A stretch of DNA of 32,000 nucleotides, taken from assembly GCF_000011805.1 (NCBI RefSeq), contig NC_006841.2. One strand, written 5' to 3'. This DNA is from Aliivibrio fischeri ES114 (GTDB taxonomy: Bacteria > Pseudomonadota > Gammaproteobacteria > Enterobacterales > Vibrionaceae). Position numbers and translations under genes: made by a program. The notes under the pieces were generated by a model. The model was given only the letters and a program-made list of their open reading frames with translations, ran no database searches and was not told the origin of the DNA. Below are positions 1 through 9,794 of this stretch, one piece after another. The number at the start of each line of letters is the position of its first letter. Positions within the stretch are counted from its first letter, which is position 1.

Positions 1-5
1 AGTCG

Positions 6-443
6 TTGTGTCGACTGATGGTTGCTCAATGTACGCCAAATCGTTGTAAGAATGCAGGTGCTGTATTGTTCTATGTTCCATATGCACTTCGCTGTTACTT
101 TATCCTAGGAGACTTTTCTGAAGTAAATCTTAAGAGAATGAAGGAGTTATATGCATTATTAAACCCTGAAAATTTGATTGAGGTATTGGATTGCCACTTT
201 TTCTTCCACCAACTCTTTGGCTTTCCCAAAAAGTTGGTGAGAATCATAGAAGATGCAGATAAACAGTCAGCTCAATCGTCTATGGATGTTAAAGCGTTTG
301 TCTTTGCAATTAAACAAGCAAACACAATGACAATGGGAGCGATTAACAAGTTTGAATATTTACCAAGTATTAAATCAGATAGTGCTTGGAAAAAATTGCC
401 GTGGTTGAAGTGGCAGTTGAGCACGATGAAAAACATAATGTAA
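6..443 (+). CDS. hypothetical protein, probably the C-terminal part of a longer ORF (island cargo)
   Basis: ORF track. The frame has no stop between the window edge and position 6, so the real start may lie outside the window. No motif recognised. Confidence 0.3.
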   Translation: MCRLMVAQCTPNRCKNAGAVLFYVPYALRCYFILGDFSEVNLKRMKELYALLNPENLIEVLDCHFFFHQLFGFPKKLVRIIEDADKQSAQSSMDVKAFVFAIKQANTMTMGAINKFEYLPSIKSDSAWKKLPWLKWQLSTMKNIM

Positions 444-680
444 GGATATGGGAATGTTGAGATAAGGATAAATGTTTGATGAGCAGTTGAAGTTTGAATC
501 TAGCAAGACTTAACATTTGATTAAAAATTATCTTCAAATTGAAGAACGATAATACATATTCTTATATTCTGGAAGATATTAGTTAGAGTAATATTTTAAA
601 TACTATGATTATTAATCAAAAATATGGATTGTATAATCGAGTCCAGTAGCGGCTTTAATTTATTTAATGAAGAGGCAGCT

Positions 681-1880
681 TTACGCTGCCTCATCTATAT
701 AATTACTCCACCAGCACATAATCTCTTTTCTTTGTTCTAAATAATCAGAACGGTTGTAACTGGCTCTCACTTCATTTTGGTCGGCATGTGATAAACAAGC
801 TTCAATCAATAAACTATCAAAACCGTACTCGTGAAGGGCAGTAGAAGCTATAGCACGCAATCCATGAGCAACTAACTCATCTTTTAGCCCAAGACTACGC
901 TTTATGGCTGCATTTGCTGTAAACAAGCTTACATGGCTATTTATATCTCGCTCACCAGGAAAGACATAATCACATCGTTTGCTTTGTAATCGAATCTGAT
1001 TCAGAATGTTGATTGCTTGTGATGTCAGCGGTATACGGTGTTCTTTTCTGCGTTTCATATTCTCAGCAGGGATAGTCCATACGCCTTTTTCTAAATCAAT
1101 ATCTATCCAGCGAGTTGTTGCCGCTTCCTTTGGGCGCGTCATTGTGTGTAGCTGCCATAAAATGAGCAATTTAGTTTTAGTTTGTATTGTTGAACATGAA
1201 TGCAGTCGTTTTAAAAAATCAGGTAATTGCTCTGGCCGAATAGTAGGCATGTGCAAAACTGTATTTTTACGAAAAACTTTAATTATTTTTGCTAATGGAT
1301 TTGCGTGTATTAAACCGTGGTTAACTGAGTAATCCATGATTTGGTTAAGGCTTTGGCAAATTCGTTTAACCGTCGAGTATTTACCTTCTTTTTCTAGAGG
1401 TCGTAATACATCTATTGTTTCTACAGCAGTGATCGTAGCAACAGGAATTTTGCTCATATGAGGGAAAATATATTTTTCTAATGTCCGCCATTCCCGGTAT
1501 GAATGCGCAGGAGAAACCGTTTCTTTTTTTCGTTCAAACCATTGTTCTGCAACTACGATAAAAGTCGACGTCTGTACTCTTTTCGCCTCAAGCTCTTTAC
1601 TTTGTTCAAATGACTTAGGGTTGATTTTTTGAGCTAAGAGTGTTCGGTACTCAGTTGTTTTGGATCGAGCATTAGCAAGAGATAATTCAGGATAAGGGCC
1701 AAGTGCTATTTTCTGAATCTTTCTTGTTACAGGGTCACTGAATTTAAATTGCCATGATTTAGCCCCAGTTGGACGTACACGCAATTGTAATCCTTCACCA
1801 TCAGATAATGTAAATTCTTTCCCTGTTGGTGCTGCTGATTTTATCTTTCTATCAGTAAGACGAATTACTTGACGAGCCAT
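681..1880 (-). CDS. site-specific tyrosine integrase, P4-like with an N-terminal DUF4102 arm-binding domain
   Basis: The N-terminus (LTDRKIKSA..GKEFTLSDGEGLQLRVRPTGAKSWQFKF) is the typical DUF4102 arm-binding signature. The C-terminus has HGLRAIASTAL and a later SYNRSDY tyrosine region typical of the phage integrase family. Confidence 0.9.
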   Translation of the reverse strand: MARQVIRLTDRKIKSAAPTGKEFTLSDGEGLQLRVRPTGAKSWQFKFSDPVTRKIQKIALGPYPELSLANARSKTTEYRTLLAQKINPKSFEQSKELEAKRVQTSTFIVVAEQWFERKKETVSPAHSYREWRTLEKYIFPHMSKIPVATITAVETIDVLRPLEKEGKYSTVKRICQSLNQIMDYSVNHGLIHANPLAKIIKVFRKNTVLHMPTIRPEQLPDFLKRLHSCSTIQTKTKLLILWQLHTMTRPKEAATTRWIDIDLEKGVWTIPAENMKRRKEHRIPLTSQAINILNQIRLQSKRCDYVFPGERDINSHVSLFTANAAIKRSLGLKDELVAHGLRAIASTALHEYGFDSLLIEACLSHADQNEVRASYNRSDYLEQRKEIMCWWSNYIDEAA

Positions 1881-1930
1881 GATGATTACCTCAAAACTAG
1901 ATAGAAACAGTATATATTAGTTTTGGATCA

Positions 1931-1972
1931 TGGGGTACATCCTGGGGTACTAAAAATGCTGGCTTGGGGTAC
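1931..1972 (+). promoter_or_regulatory. three direct TGGGGTAC repeats upstream of the integrase start (candidate arm-type or operator sites)
   Basis: TGGGGTAC occurs at 1931-1938, 1943-1950 and 1965-1972, spaced 12 and 22 bp (start to start). They lie 50-90 bp upstream of the integrase ATG at 1880. Confidence 0.35.
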
Positions 1973-2184
1973 TATTTAGTGGACGTTAATGGATTTACTT
2001 TTGGTTTAAATTGTTGTTTTTATTTGCATTTGTTGTATTTTATTGGATTCTATTGAATCTCGTTACTTTAGACCCGGGAACCATTGGATGGACATGGCGT
2101 GAATCCTTTAAAAACGAAAAGAGTTATTTTAACGGTAAAGTGGAAAGTGTAAAGAGCTCCTTGTATTGCTTGGTGATTTAGTAT

Positions 2185-2212
2185 GAAAAAAACGGCCTAA
2201 ATAGGCCGTTTA
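2185..2212 (-). terminator. rho-independent terminator downstream of the lipoprotein gene
   Basis: Read on the minus strand: AAACGGCC-TATTT-AGGCCGTTT followed by a T-run. Confidence 0.6.
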
Positions 2213-2236
2213 AATTAATCCTAAGCTTAATGATGT

Positions 2237-2686
2237 TTATAAAGTGGCAACAACAGTATTATCAACGATATCTATCATTTGTTTTATTTCACTGCCTAGT
2301 GCTGAAGGGTACCAAATTTCCACCCAAACCTTATCGACGTGATTTGGAAGCATCATGCTACTTTTAAATTCGGTACTGTCATTCATTGGGGTTAGAATGA
2401 TTTGAGATGTATAGTCTACGGCACCTTCATTAAATTCAGTGTAGATAGACATAAAACCTCGATCACTTTGAGAGCTTGCAACAGAAAGGTCGAAAGTGAC
2501 TTCTCGCTCTGTTGAGAATGTAAAGCCTTCCGGCACCGACAACTCACTTGTTTTAATACCGCTTTCTTTTTTAGGTACGTCTGCCGCTGCAGGTGCTGCT
2601 CCCCCCGATGTACCAGATGACGAATCACTACATGCAGAAAGAAAAGTAATGATGGCGATACTTAGTAATATATTAATTCGTTTCAT
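2237..2686 (-). CDS. lipoprotein of unknown function
   Basis: Signal peptide with lipobox (ITFLSAC) followed by a Ser/Gly/Ala-rich linker. It sits 12 bp downstream of the LruC-like gene, so the two are probably co-transcribed. Confidence 0.6.
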   Translation of the reverse strand: MKRINILLSIAIITFLSACSDSSSGTSGGAAPAAADVPKKESGIKTSELSVPEGFTFSTEREVTFDLSVASSQSDRGFMSIYTEFNEGAVDYTSQIILTPMNDSTEFKSSMMLPNHVDKVWVEIWYPSALGSEIKQMIDIVDNTVVATL

Positions 2687-2698
2687 AAATCCTCCTTG

Positions 2699-4810
2699 TT
2701 AGTCAGCTGTTGACCAAGTATTACTAGCTGTAGGGTTAAGGTACCAAGTTGTTTTTTCTGTACCGCCTGATGTTGCCCATTCAGCGAAGTCTGGGTAAGC
2801 ATCACCAATATCAATATATTCTGATGGATGATTCCAAGGTGATGAAATTAATATCCCCCATGGAAGATTTCCGGTTGTACGATAGTATTTACTTGTTGCA
2901 GGGTCTGAATCATCCTGAGCAATACCATAGAAACTGCTCACCAATGTCCCTCTACTTGTTGGTGGGAAATCCGCTGTGTGAATTTCTAAATCTGTTCCTG
3001 GCGCTGTAGAGAAGCTATCACCGTGATACAAGCCATAGCCTGCTGCAAAGATGAATGGGTCGGCACCATTTAGAGGCAATAGTGAACTTACACTAGGCTC
3101 ACTGCCATCATTGAAAGGAAGTGAGATGCTAAATGTCATCTGCTCTGATTCAAGTGATGCACTACATGATGGATTTGTACGGTGGAATTTACACTCTTCG
3201 TTAATGATTATGTCTTCTCGTAGATTTAATGAGGCAACAACAACCAAGTCTCCACCAGGAGAGGCGATAGATTTGTCTTCGCCAGTAAATGGTGAAATAT
3301 TCGCTCGAGTCACGCCATTTTTTTCTAAACGAGCCAATGATAGGTTTATATCCGATTCAGAGAAACCATTCAGTTTCCAACCTAGACCGTTACCATAAGA
3401 TGCGCCGTATGCCATGATGGTCCCAGTGATATCAAATCGTAATACTTCACCATCTTTACTCACAATAGTAGTTCGGTAATAGGCAACCACATCATTTAAG
3501 TCAAAATCACCAATTTCAGGCCAGTTATCCTCAAATGCTGCAGTATAATAACCAGAATGCTGAATTGTTGTTCCCGGGTCAGTAACGTCAAATACATAGT
3601 CTTCGACCTCACCATCACCAACGTAACCCGAGCTTGGTATATTAGGGTTACTTGATAAACGGAAACGAGTTTGTACAGAACCTATAGTTGCGCTATCGCT
3701 GACTCTAATTGGAACGATTTGTACGCCACTCACTATTGGGTGGTTTGTTAAAATTTGTTCACCTTCATCAAATGAACCGTTCATATCCCAGTCAGCCCAT
3801 GCTTGTAAATAACCACTGCCACTGGCATTTACATTAATTAAGGCGTCTAAGCCTTTTTCTAAACTGGTTAAGATAGTGATACCGTCATCGTCGTTACCGT
3901 CAACATCAAGATCATCACCATTTGATGCAATCCCTGGTTGGCCATCGGTATCTGCATCGACGCTACTACCTAAGTAAAGGGTACTTGTCATAGCATGTTC
4001 TGCACCGTCATTTGATTTTAAAGTGTTGTAACTATCTGGAGCATCACCAAAATCAGATTCATCAGAGCTTCCAATTGGCGGAGTAAAGTCATCAAGATCC
4101 CAGTTACCATCAAAAGCAGAAAAAATTGGGTTTGGCAAAGGGCTGTTGCTAGCGGTAACGGTTTCAAATTGAAGAGTCACAATAGACGTGTTTTTATAGG
4201 TGAATTTTACAGCACCTGAAGTGTCGGTTTCATTATAGTTTGTACCAGGACCTGTGAATAAAACAGAAAGACCATCAGGACTTTCTTCTGCTGTTAGACT
4301 TGCTCCAGCAGAGCCGGTTTGATAGCTGAAAAAACCTTCATTTTTATATACACGAACTTGCTCTGATTGTACTGGCTCACCATCGATATCATAACCAATC
4401 ATCTCAAATTCAGGGATAGTATAAGGGATTGAAAAAGTACCAGACAATCCATCGGTTCCATCAAAAAATTCAAAAGTATAAATAAGACCAGCAGGACCTG
4501 GAGAGTTTGTTTGGTAGAGGAAGCCAATATCTCCACTAGGTTGTGTTGAACCTTCTTTATAATTAGGTGTGTGATATAGGAAAGTGGCATCACCAATAAT
4601 TCGGCTGCTTATCTTTGCATCAATAGTTTTACCATTATGAACACCAACATTTAGGAAGTGCATAACAGGGCCATCATATGAGGGGCCAAAACTATTATTT
4701 AAATTCGTGTCTTCAATATGATTTGAAAAATCCAAATCAACGATGGTTGCATGAATAGGAATACTCGCAGTAGCGAGGGCAATAATCGGTATAAGTTGTT
4801 TGTATTTCAT
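2699..4810 (-). CDS. large secreted protein with a GEVED-like motif and an LruC/DUF4842-like C-terminal domain
   Basis: N-terminal signal peptide. An Asp-rich calcium-binding-like segment (DADTDGQPGIASNGDDLDVDGNDDDG). A GDGEVEDY motif. A DFDLNDVV motif typical of LruC-domain proteins. Confidence 0.65.
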   Translation of the reverse strand: MKYKQLIPIIALATASIPIHATIVDLDFSNHIEDTNLNNSFGPSYDGPVMHFLNVGVHNGKTIDAKISSRIIGDATFLYHTPNYKEGSTQPSGDIGFLYQTNSPGPAGLIYTFEFFDGTDGLSGTFSIPYTIPEFEMIGYDIDGEPVQSEQVRVYKNEGFFSYQTGSAGASLTAEESPDGLSVLFTGPGTNYNETDTSGAVKFTYKNTSIVTLQFETVTASNSPLPNPIFSAFDGNWDLDDFTPPIGSSDESDFGDAPDSYNTLKSNDGAEHAMTSTLYLGSSVDADTDGQPGIASNGDDLDVDGNDDDGITILTSLEKGLDALINVNASGSGYLQAWADWDMNGSFDEGEQILTNHPIVSGVQIVPIRVSDSATIGSVQTRFRLSSNPNIPSSGYVGDGEVEDYVFDVTDPGTTIQHSGYYTAAFEDNWPEIGDFDLNDVVAYYRTTIVSKDGEVLRFDITGTIMAYGASYGNGLGWKLNGFSESDINLSLARLEKNGVTRANISPFTGEDKSIASPGGDLVVVASLNLREDIIINEECKFHRTNPSCSASLESEQMTFSISLPFNDGSEPSVSSLLPLNGADPFIFAAGYGLYHGDSFSTAPGTDLEIHTADFPPTSRGTLVSSFYGIAQDDSDPATSKYYRTTGNLPWGILISSPWNHPSEYIDIGDAYPDFAEWATSGGTEKTTWYLNPTASNTWSTAD

Positions 4811-5124
4811 AGTCAGCCTCTACTCAATCTTGATGAGATGCTCTCAAAAAATGAAAACTCTAACAGGTGAAAAAACTCGATGTTTTATTCGATTATCTAT
4901 GTATCAAGCAATACACATACCATTTAGAGTTAGTAGAGGGGAATTAAATTTAATTTATTGAAATATCGAGTTTTAATTTTTTATTTCTGTGCAGTATAGG
5001 TATGAGTTCTGTTTAGATAAGTAGGGCTATCCTCAATATAGGAATCAATATGAGAATATAAATTTTACAAGTGATTTTTGAGTAACAGACTAATATACAT
5101 TAATCTGCTACTCATTAAGAAGGG

Positions 5125-5925
5125 TTAAGCCGCTTGATGATTTTGTTCGTGTAAAGGTAGGGGTTTTCCAAGCAAAAAGCCTTGGAAATAACCAATATTT
5201 AGTTTTTTCATTAACTCATACTGATGAGGTGTTTCAACGCCTTCAACAATAGTTAATGCCTCCTGTTTTTTGGCGATAGAAAGGGCGGATAACAGAGGGG
5301 CTTTGATACCACCTTCATACTTTAATAGTAGCTCTCTATCGATTTTAATGACGTTTGGGTTTAATTGTGAAACTCTCTGCGCGGAAGAGGCTTCCGAGCC
5401 ATAATCGTCAATAGCGACAAAAAAATCGTGTTTTTTGATCATTTCAATAGCATTGATTAGTCTCTTTTCATCTTGATAATGAAACTCTACTAATTCAAAT
5501 ACAATGTTTTGTGGAGATAGGTTTAAAGCACTGATCCGTGACTCTAATAGCATTGCATTTATATCAGGTAAATGACTGGTATAAAGAAGGACTGCGGATT
5601 CAGGTAAAACATTTAAAAACAGTTTGCAACCTAATGGAGCAAAGGTAGAAAAATTTCGAATATGAATAACACGGCTTAAGCGCTCGATATTTAGTATCTG
5701 TTCTAAAGTGCGAGATAAGTCCGAAAAGAAAAGGTCAGGTCTGATTGGTTGATCATTTGAGTCTTGAATTCTAAGTAATGCTTCATAACCAAAAATATTC
5801 ATTTGTTTATCAAATATTGGTTGGAAAACACTTCTCAAAATGAAGCCGTCATATTGAGCGCAATATGAACCTGCGTCATCAATGAATAAATGAGTTTGAA
5901 ACTCGTCCTGTGTTGCCAATAGCAT
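5125..5925 (-). CDS. stand-alone EAL-domain protein (putative c-di-GMP phosphodiesterase)
   Basis: Motifs YEALLR, AIDDYG, EGVET and GYFQG are present. The ORF track starts at 6027, but the internal ATG at 5925 has a strong AAGGAG Shine-Dalgarno 6 nt upstream (5932-5937), so I place the start there. Confidence 0.85.
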   Translation of the reverse strand: MLLATQDEFQTHLFIDDAGSYCAQYDGFILRSVFQPIFDKQMNIFGYEALLRIQDSNDQPIRPDLFFSDLSRTLEQILNIERLSRVIHIRNFSTFAPLGCKLFLNVLPESAVLLYTSHLPDINAMLLESRISALNLSPQNIVFELVEFHYQDEKRLINAIEMIKKHDFFVAIDDYGSEASSAQRVSQLNPNVIKIDRELLLKYEGGIKAPLLSALSIAKKQEALTIVEGVETPHQYELMKKLNIGYFQGFLLGKPLPLHEQNHQAA

Positions 5926-6041
5926 TCGTAACTCCTTATACGTTCCAGTATTGATATCTGAATCAATTAAATTAAGCAAATGAACGAAAAGGAAAAATCG
6001 AGTGAAATCACAGATTAAGTGTTTCAAAGTTAAGAAATTAG

Positions 6042-6068
6042 AAGCCCATTTACATCATAAATGGGCTT
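6042..6068 (-). terminator. hairpin downstream of the DUF2797 gene
   Basis: AAGCCCATTTA-CATCA-TAAATGGGCTT, an 11-bp perfect stem with T-rich flanks. Confidence 0.45.
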
Positions 6069-6075
6069 TTATTAG

Positions 6076-6903
6076 TTACGCTGTCACGGTAACTTCGTAA
6101 GAGCCAAATTTACGGATGTTGATAACACCTGTATCAAACAGTAGGTATTGACCTTTAATGCCATTAAGAACGCCTGTGACTTCAGGGTTTTTATCAAAGT
6201 TATGGCTTACGATTTTTGTCGGGAACTCATTAACAGGAAACGCGATATCAAGAATGTGCTCGTCTAATAATTCAACAGAATCGTCACCATGCTCAGCTTG
6301 AATCTTTGCAATTGCCGTTTCAACTTGAGGCAATAGTTCTAAAGCCGCTTCTTTTAAAGGAAGTGGATCACCGTTACCTTTTAATAGCGTGCGCCAATTG
6401 GTTTTATCTGCAATGAGTTTTGCTAACTCAATCTCAACTAGGCCTGAAATTAAGCGGTTTTTCACTTTAGCGATAGGCAAACCTTGAGTTGCGCCTTGAT
6501 CAATCCAGCGTGTAGGAATTTGAGTGTGACGGGTAATGCCGACTTTCATACTCGATGTATTTGAAAGATAAACATAGTGATCAACAAAACAATTATCTTC
6601 ACCCCATTGAGGCTCACGGCATGTACCTTCTGCGAAATGGCATGTTTCAGGTTTCATTATGCACATATCGCAACTTGCTAGCTTTTTCATACATACAAAG
6701 CAATGACCTTGGGAGTAGCTTTTTTTGGTTTTCTTGCCGCATGAGCAACAAAAGATATTACCTGTATGAGTAAGAGTTAGCGTTTTACCGATTAAAGGGT
6801 TTAAGCTGATTTCTTCATCTCTGACAGGTAGACGATATTGGACGGTTCCTTCAGATAAAGAAGAACGCATTTTTGCTAATGTTCCAGTAATTTGAATGCT
6901 CAT
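6076..6903 (-). CDS. DUF2797-like Cys-rich conserved protein
   Basis: Cys cluster CCSCGKKTKKSYSQGHCFVCMKKLASCDMC...CHFAEGTC, as in DUF2797 family proteins (family assignment from memory). Confidence 0.6.
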   Translation of the reverse strand: MSIQITGTLAKMRSSLSEGTVQYRLPVRDEEISLNPLIGKTLTLTHTGNIFCCSCGKKTKKSYSQGHCFVCMKKLASCDMCIMKPETCHFAEGTCREPQWGEDNCFVDHYVYLSNTSSMKVGITRHTQIPTRWIDQGATQGLPIAKVKNRLISGLVEIELAKLIADKTNWRTLLKGNGDPLPLKEAALELLPQVETAIAKIQAEHGDDSVELLDEHILDIAFPVNEFPTKIVSHNFDKNPEVTGVLNGIKGQYLLFDTGVINIRKFGSYEVTVTA

Positions 6904-7093
6904 GAACTTTCTACTTTTATTTTTATAAATGAATGTTTATTAGAATAAAACCATTGTAACAAAGTCATGAAAGAGTGTAAGAGCTCAAATGAATATTTAT
7001 ATGCAAGGATAAACGACAATTATGATATACTCGTCACATTAGACCAGAATGACTGGTTATTTATCAATAATACTCGAAATTGGAGTGCAGCTT

Positions 7094-8431
7094 TTGCAAT
7101 TTAAAGATTTAGGTTTAGATAATCGCCTATTAAAAAATCTCGCTCACCAGAACATTAAAACACCAACTGAAATTCAACGTAAAGCTGTTCCTGTTGCTAT
7201 TGCAGGTAAAGATGTTCTTGCGTCGTCAAAAACAGGTTCAGGTAAAACACTGGCATTCGTTTTACCAATGCTTCACAAATCACTGAAAACGAAATCTTTC
7301 TCAAAGAATGATCCTCGAGCAGTGATTCTTGCGCCTACACGTGAATTAGCAAAACAAGTATACAGTCATTTACGTGCAATGCTTGGTGGCTTAACTTATG
7401 ACGCGACATTGATTACAGGCGGTGAGAACTTTAATGACCAAGTGAATGCATTACGCAAGCACCCTAAGTTCATTGTTGCCACTCCAGGACGTTTAGCTGA
7501 CCACCTTGAGCATCAATCTCTGTACCTTGATGGTTTAGAAACACTGATCCTTGATGAAGCTGACCGTATGTTAGATCTTGGTTTTGCTGAGCATTTGCAA
7601 AAGATTCATAAAGCAGCAAGTCACCGTCGTCGTCAAACATTAATGTTCTCAGCAACGCTTGATCACGATGCAGTGAATAAGTTCGCAGGTAACATGCTAG
7701 ATAATCCAAAGCGTATCTCTGTAGGTTTATCGAATGATGAGCACAAAGACATTACGCAACGTTTCTATCTATGTGACCATTTAGATCACAAACAAGCGAT
7801 CTTAAACAAAATCATTGAGACTGAAGATTACTTCCAAATCATGATTTTCACAGCAACACGCTCCGATACTGATCGTTTAACTAAACTATTAAACGAAGAA
7901 AACTTAAAAGCTGTAGCGCTAAGTGGTGATATGAACCAAACCGCTCGTAATAACATTATGAGTCAGTTTGAGCGTCGTGTTCACAAAATCTTAGTAACAA
8001 CCGATGTTGCTTCTCGTGGTTTAGACTTAACAAGTGTAACGCACGTAATTAACTTTGATATGCCTAAGCATATGGAAGAGTATGTTCACCGTGTTGGTCG
8101 TACAGGCCGTGCAGGTAAGAAAGGTACTGCGATTTCTCTTGTTGGTCCAAAAGACTGGGAAAGCTTTAAACGTGTAGAAACCTTCTTACAACAAGATTTG
8201 TCTTTCTCTGTATTTGAAGAATTAAAAGGCAAATTTAAAGGATTGAAACCGAAACATAAGCGTACGTTTGTGAAAAAAGGTGATCCTAAGAAATTTAAAG
8301 CGAAGGGTAATCAAAACAAACCTAAAGCGCCTAAGAAACGTGATAACTCGTTCCATACAAATGTGGCAGTTGGCGATCAGGTATTTATGCCAAAGAAAAA
8401 GCCCAAGCAAATTGTGGTTGATGACGAGTAA
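7094..8431 (+). CDS. DEAD-box ATP-dependent RNA helicase with a Lys-rich C-terminal tail
   Basis: Q motif (TPTEIQ), Walker A SKTGSGKT, PTRELA, DEAD, SAT and HRVGRTGRAG. The track starts at ATG 7049. I prefer the in-frame TTG at 7094, which has GGAG 8 nt upstream and gives the usual M-QFKDLGL helicase N-terminus. Confidence 0.85.
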   Translation: MQFKDLGLDNRLLKNLAHQNIKTPTEIQRKAVPVAIAGKDVLASSKTGSGKTLAFVLPMLHKSLKTKSFSKNDPRAVILAPTRELAKQVYSHLRAMLGGLTYDATLITGGENFNDQVNALRKHPKFIVATPGRLADHLEHQSLYLDGLETLILDEADRMLDLGFAEHLQKIHKAASHRRRQTLMFSATLDHDAVNKFAGNMLDNPKRISVGLSNDEHKDITQRFYLCDHLDHKQAILNKIIETEDYFQIMIFTATRSDTDRLTKLLNEENLKAVALSGDMNQTARNNIMSQFERRVHKILVTTDVASRGLDLTSVTHVINFDMPKHMEEYVHRVGRTGRAGKKGTAISLVGPKDWESFKRVETFLQQDLSFSVFEELKGKFKGLKPKHKRTFVKKGDPKKFKAKGNQNKPKAPKKRDNSFHTNVAVGDQVFMPKKKPKQIVVDDE

Positions 8432-8469
8432 GAGCTATCTAGTTTACTTTTATAGAGTAAATCAGAAAT

Positions 8470-8508
8470 AAAAAATGACAAGGGAGCGAACTTCCTTGTC
8501 ATTTTTTT
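8470..8508. terminator. bidirectional rho-independent terminator between the helicase gene and ppnP
   Basis: A-run, then TGACAAGG...CCTTGTCA stem, then T7 run. Confidence 0.6.
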
Positions 8509-8576
8509 AAACTAAAAACGAGTAATAGTGTGAAATCAGTATTGTGATTTAATACTAATTTGGTTAGTTACTCGTA

Positions 8577-8858
8577 TTACAAATACTCACATAAATACGC
8601 AGTTTCGATTTCTACTTTTACTTCAAATGAGGAGTTACCTTCAACTGAGAAATCTTCACCAGAAGAGAAAGTAACCCAGTCAGCATCTGTTGAGCGTTTA
8701 ATGGTAAGAGCACCAGTAATAACACTCATTTTTTCAGCAGCAGCTGTGCCAAAAGTGTAGTTACCCGGTAACATTACACCTACAGAAATTGCGTTACTGT
8801 TTTGTTCAAATCCAATAGATTTTACTTTATCTTCAAAATAGCTATTTACGGTTAACAT
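8577..8858 (-). CDS. ppnP: pyrimidine/purine nucleoside phosphorylase PpnP (YaiE/DUF1255)
   Basis: 93 aa, MLTVNSYFEDKVKSIGF...YLCEYL. It is collinear with E. coli YaiE as I recall it. Confidence 0.85.
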   Translation of the reverse strand: MLTVNSYFEDKVKSIGFEQNSNAISVGVMLPGNYTFGTAAAEKMSVITGALTIKRSTDADWVTFSSGEDFSVEGNSSFEVKVEIETAYLCEYL

Positions 8859-8919
8859 GTGACATCCTTGAAATTAAAATCGAGTAAACAATATGTTATT
8901 CGACCATTATTTTCAATAG

Positions 8920-9732
8920 TTACTTGATATAACCAAGTGATTGGATGGTTTTAGTTGCTTCTGGTGAAGCAATGTAATTCATAAACTCTGTCGATTCTTT
9001 AGATACTGTTTGGTTCTTGTATACAAATAAGAAAGGGTGGGAAAGAGAATATTTATTTTCCATAATAGCTTCTTGGCTTGGTAGTACGTTATCTACTTTT
9101 AGTACACGGAGTTGAGCAAGATCACCAAGTGTTCCAGCAGATACATAGCCAATAGCATAAGGGTTGCGTGAAACAATGCTCTTAACCATACCCGTACCAT
9201 TAACAACAAGAGCGTTATCGCTAATATCTGATACAGTGAATGAGTTGATTTCTTGTGTTAAACCAAAGTGTTTTTCAAACGAGAAGCGAGAGCCTGAAGC
9301 AATTTCACGTGAAATTACAGAGATCTTACGATCGGTGCCACCCAATTCTTTCCAGTTTTTAATATCACCGTGATAGATTTTCCAGATGTTCTCTGTAGAT
9401 AATTCAGTAATTGGGTTGTCAGGGTGGACAACAATTGCGATGGCATCATAAGCGATAAGAGTTGAACTTAATGTCTCTTTTTCTTTGTCTGTTAACTCAC
9501 GAGAGCTGATAGCAAGATTTACTGTGTCATCAACCAGTAGTTTAATGCCTGCACTTGAACCAATACTTTGCAAATCAACAAGTGGTTTATTGTCTTTATT
9601 GTATTCATCAATAAAGGGTTCCAATAGTGTAGAAACAGATGTAGAACCTGCAATTACTGTATTTGCAGCAAAAGTTGAGGAGCTAAAAAGTAACGCTGTA
9701 AATATGGTGGTGTAACTAAACGCTTTGAACAT
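8920..9732 (-). CDS. PstS-family periplasmic phosphate/anion-binding protein (orphan)
   Basis: Signal peptide followed by GSTSV...SIGSSAGI...REIASGSR motifs typical of type-2 PBP phosphate binders. No pstCAB genes are adjacent. Confidence 0.65.
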   Translation of the reverse strand: MFKAFSYTTIFTALLFSSSTFAANTVIAGSTSVSTLLEPFIDEYNKDNKPLVDLQSIGSSAGIKLLVDDTVNLAISSRELTDKEKETLSSTLIAYDAIAIVVHPDNPITELSTENIWKIYHGDIKNWKELGGTDRKISVISREIASGSRFSFEKHFGLTQEINSFTVSDISDNALVVNGTGMVKSIVSRNPYAIGYVSAGTLGDLAQLRVLKVDNVLPSQEAIMENKYSLSHPFLFVYKNQTVSKESTEFMNYIASPEATKTIQSLGYIK

Positions 9733-9794
9733 GACCTAAATCCATAATGAAAAAAAAGCATCATAGTCGGGAAGTGTTACACCATTGTGACAAA

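Noticed and set aside
1006-1332. Nested or antisense ORFs in the track: 1006-1332, 2416-2628, 2496-2702, 2749-3009, 3051-3398, 4399-4596, 6555-6773, 7470-7709, 8222-8410, 8280-8471, 8560-8760, 9164-9373, 9485-9715, 10750-10992, 13108-13299, 14144-14350, 15114-15308, 16822-17019, 18884-19102, 21250-21483, 22172-22384, 22799-23050, 24244-24426, 26272-26487, 26343-26543, 27159-27371, 27892-28116
   Set aside because: Each lies inside or antisense to a longer ORF with clear family signatures. None has a recognisable motif or independent translation signals.
1881-2236. tRNA or tmRNA integration target next to the integrase (for example GGCGTGAATCC around 2096-2106 resembling a T-arm)
   Set aside because: No acceptor or T-stem complementarity or cloverleaf could be built by eye. 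Left as a computational check.
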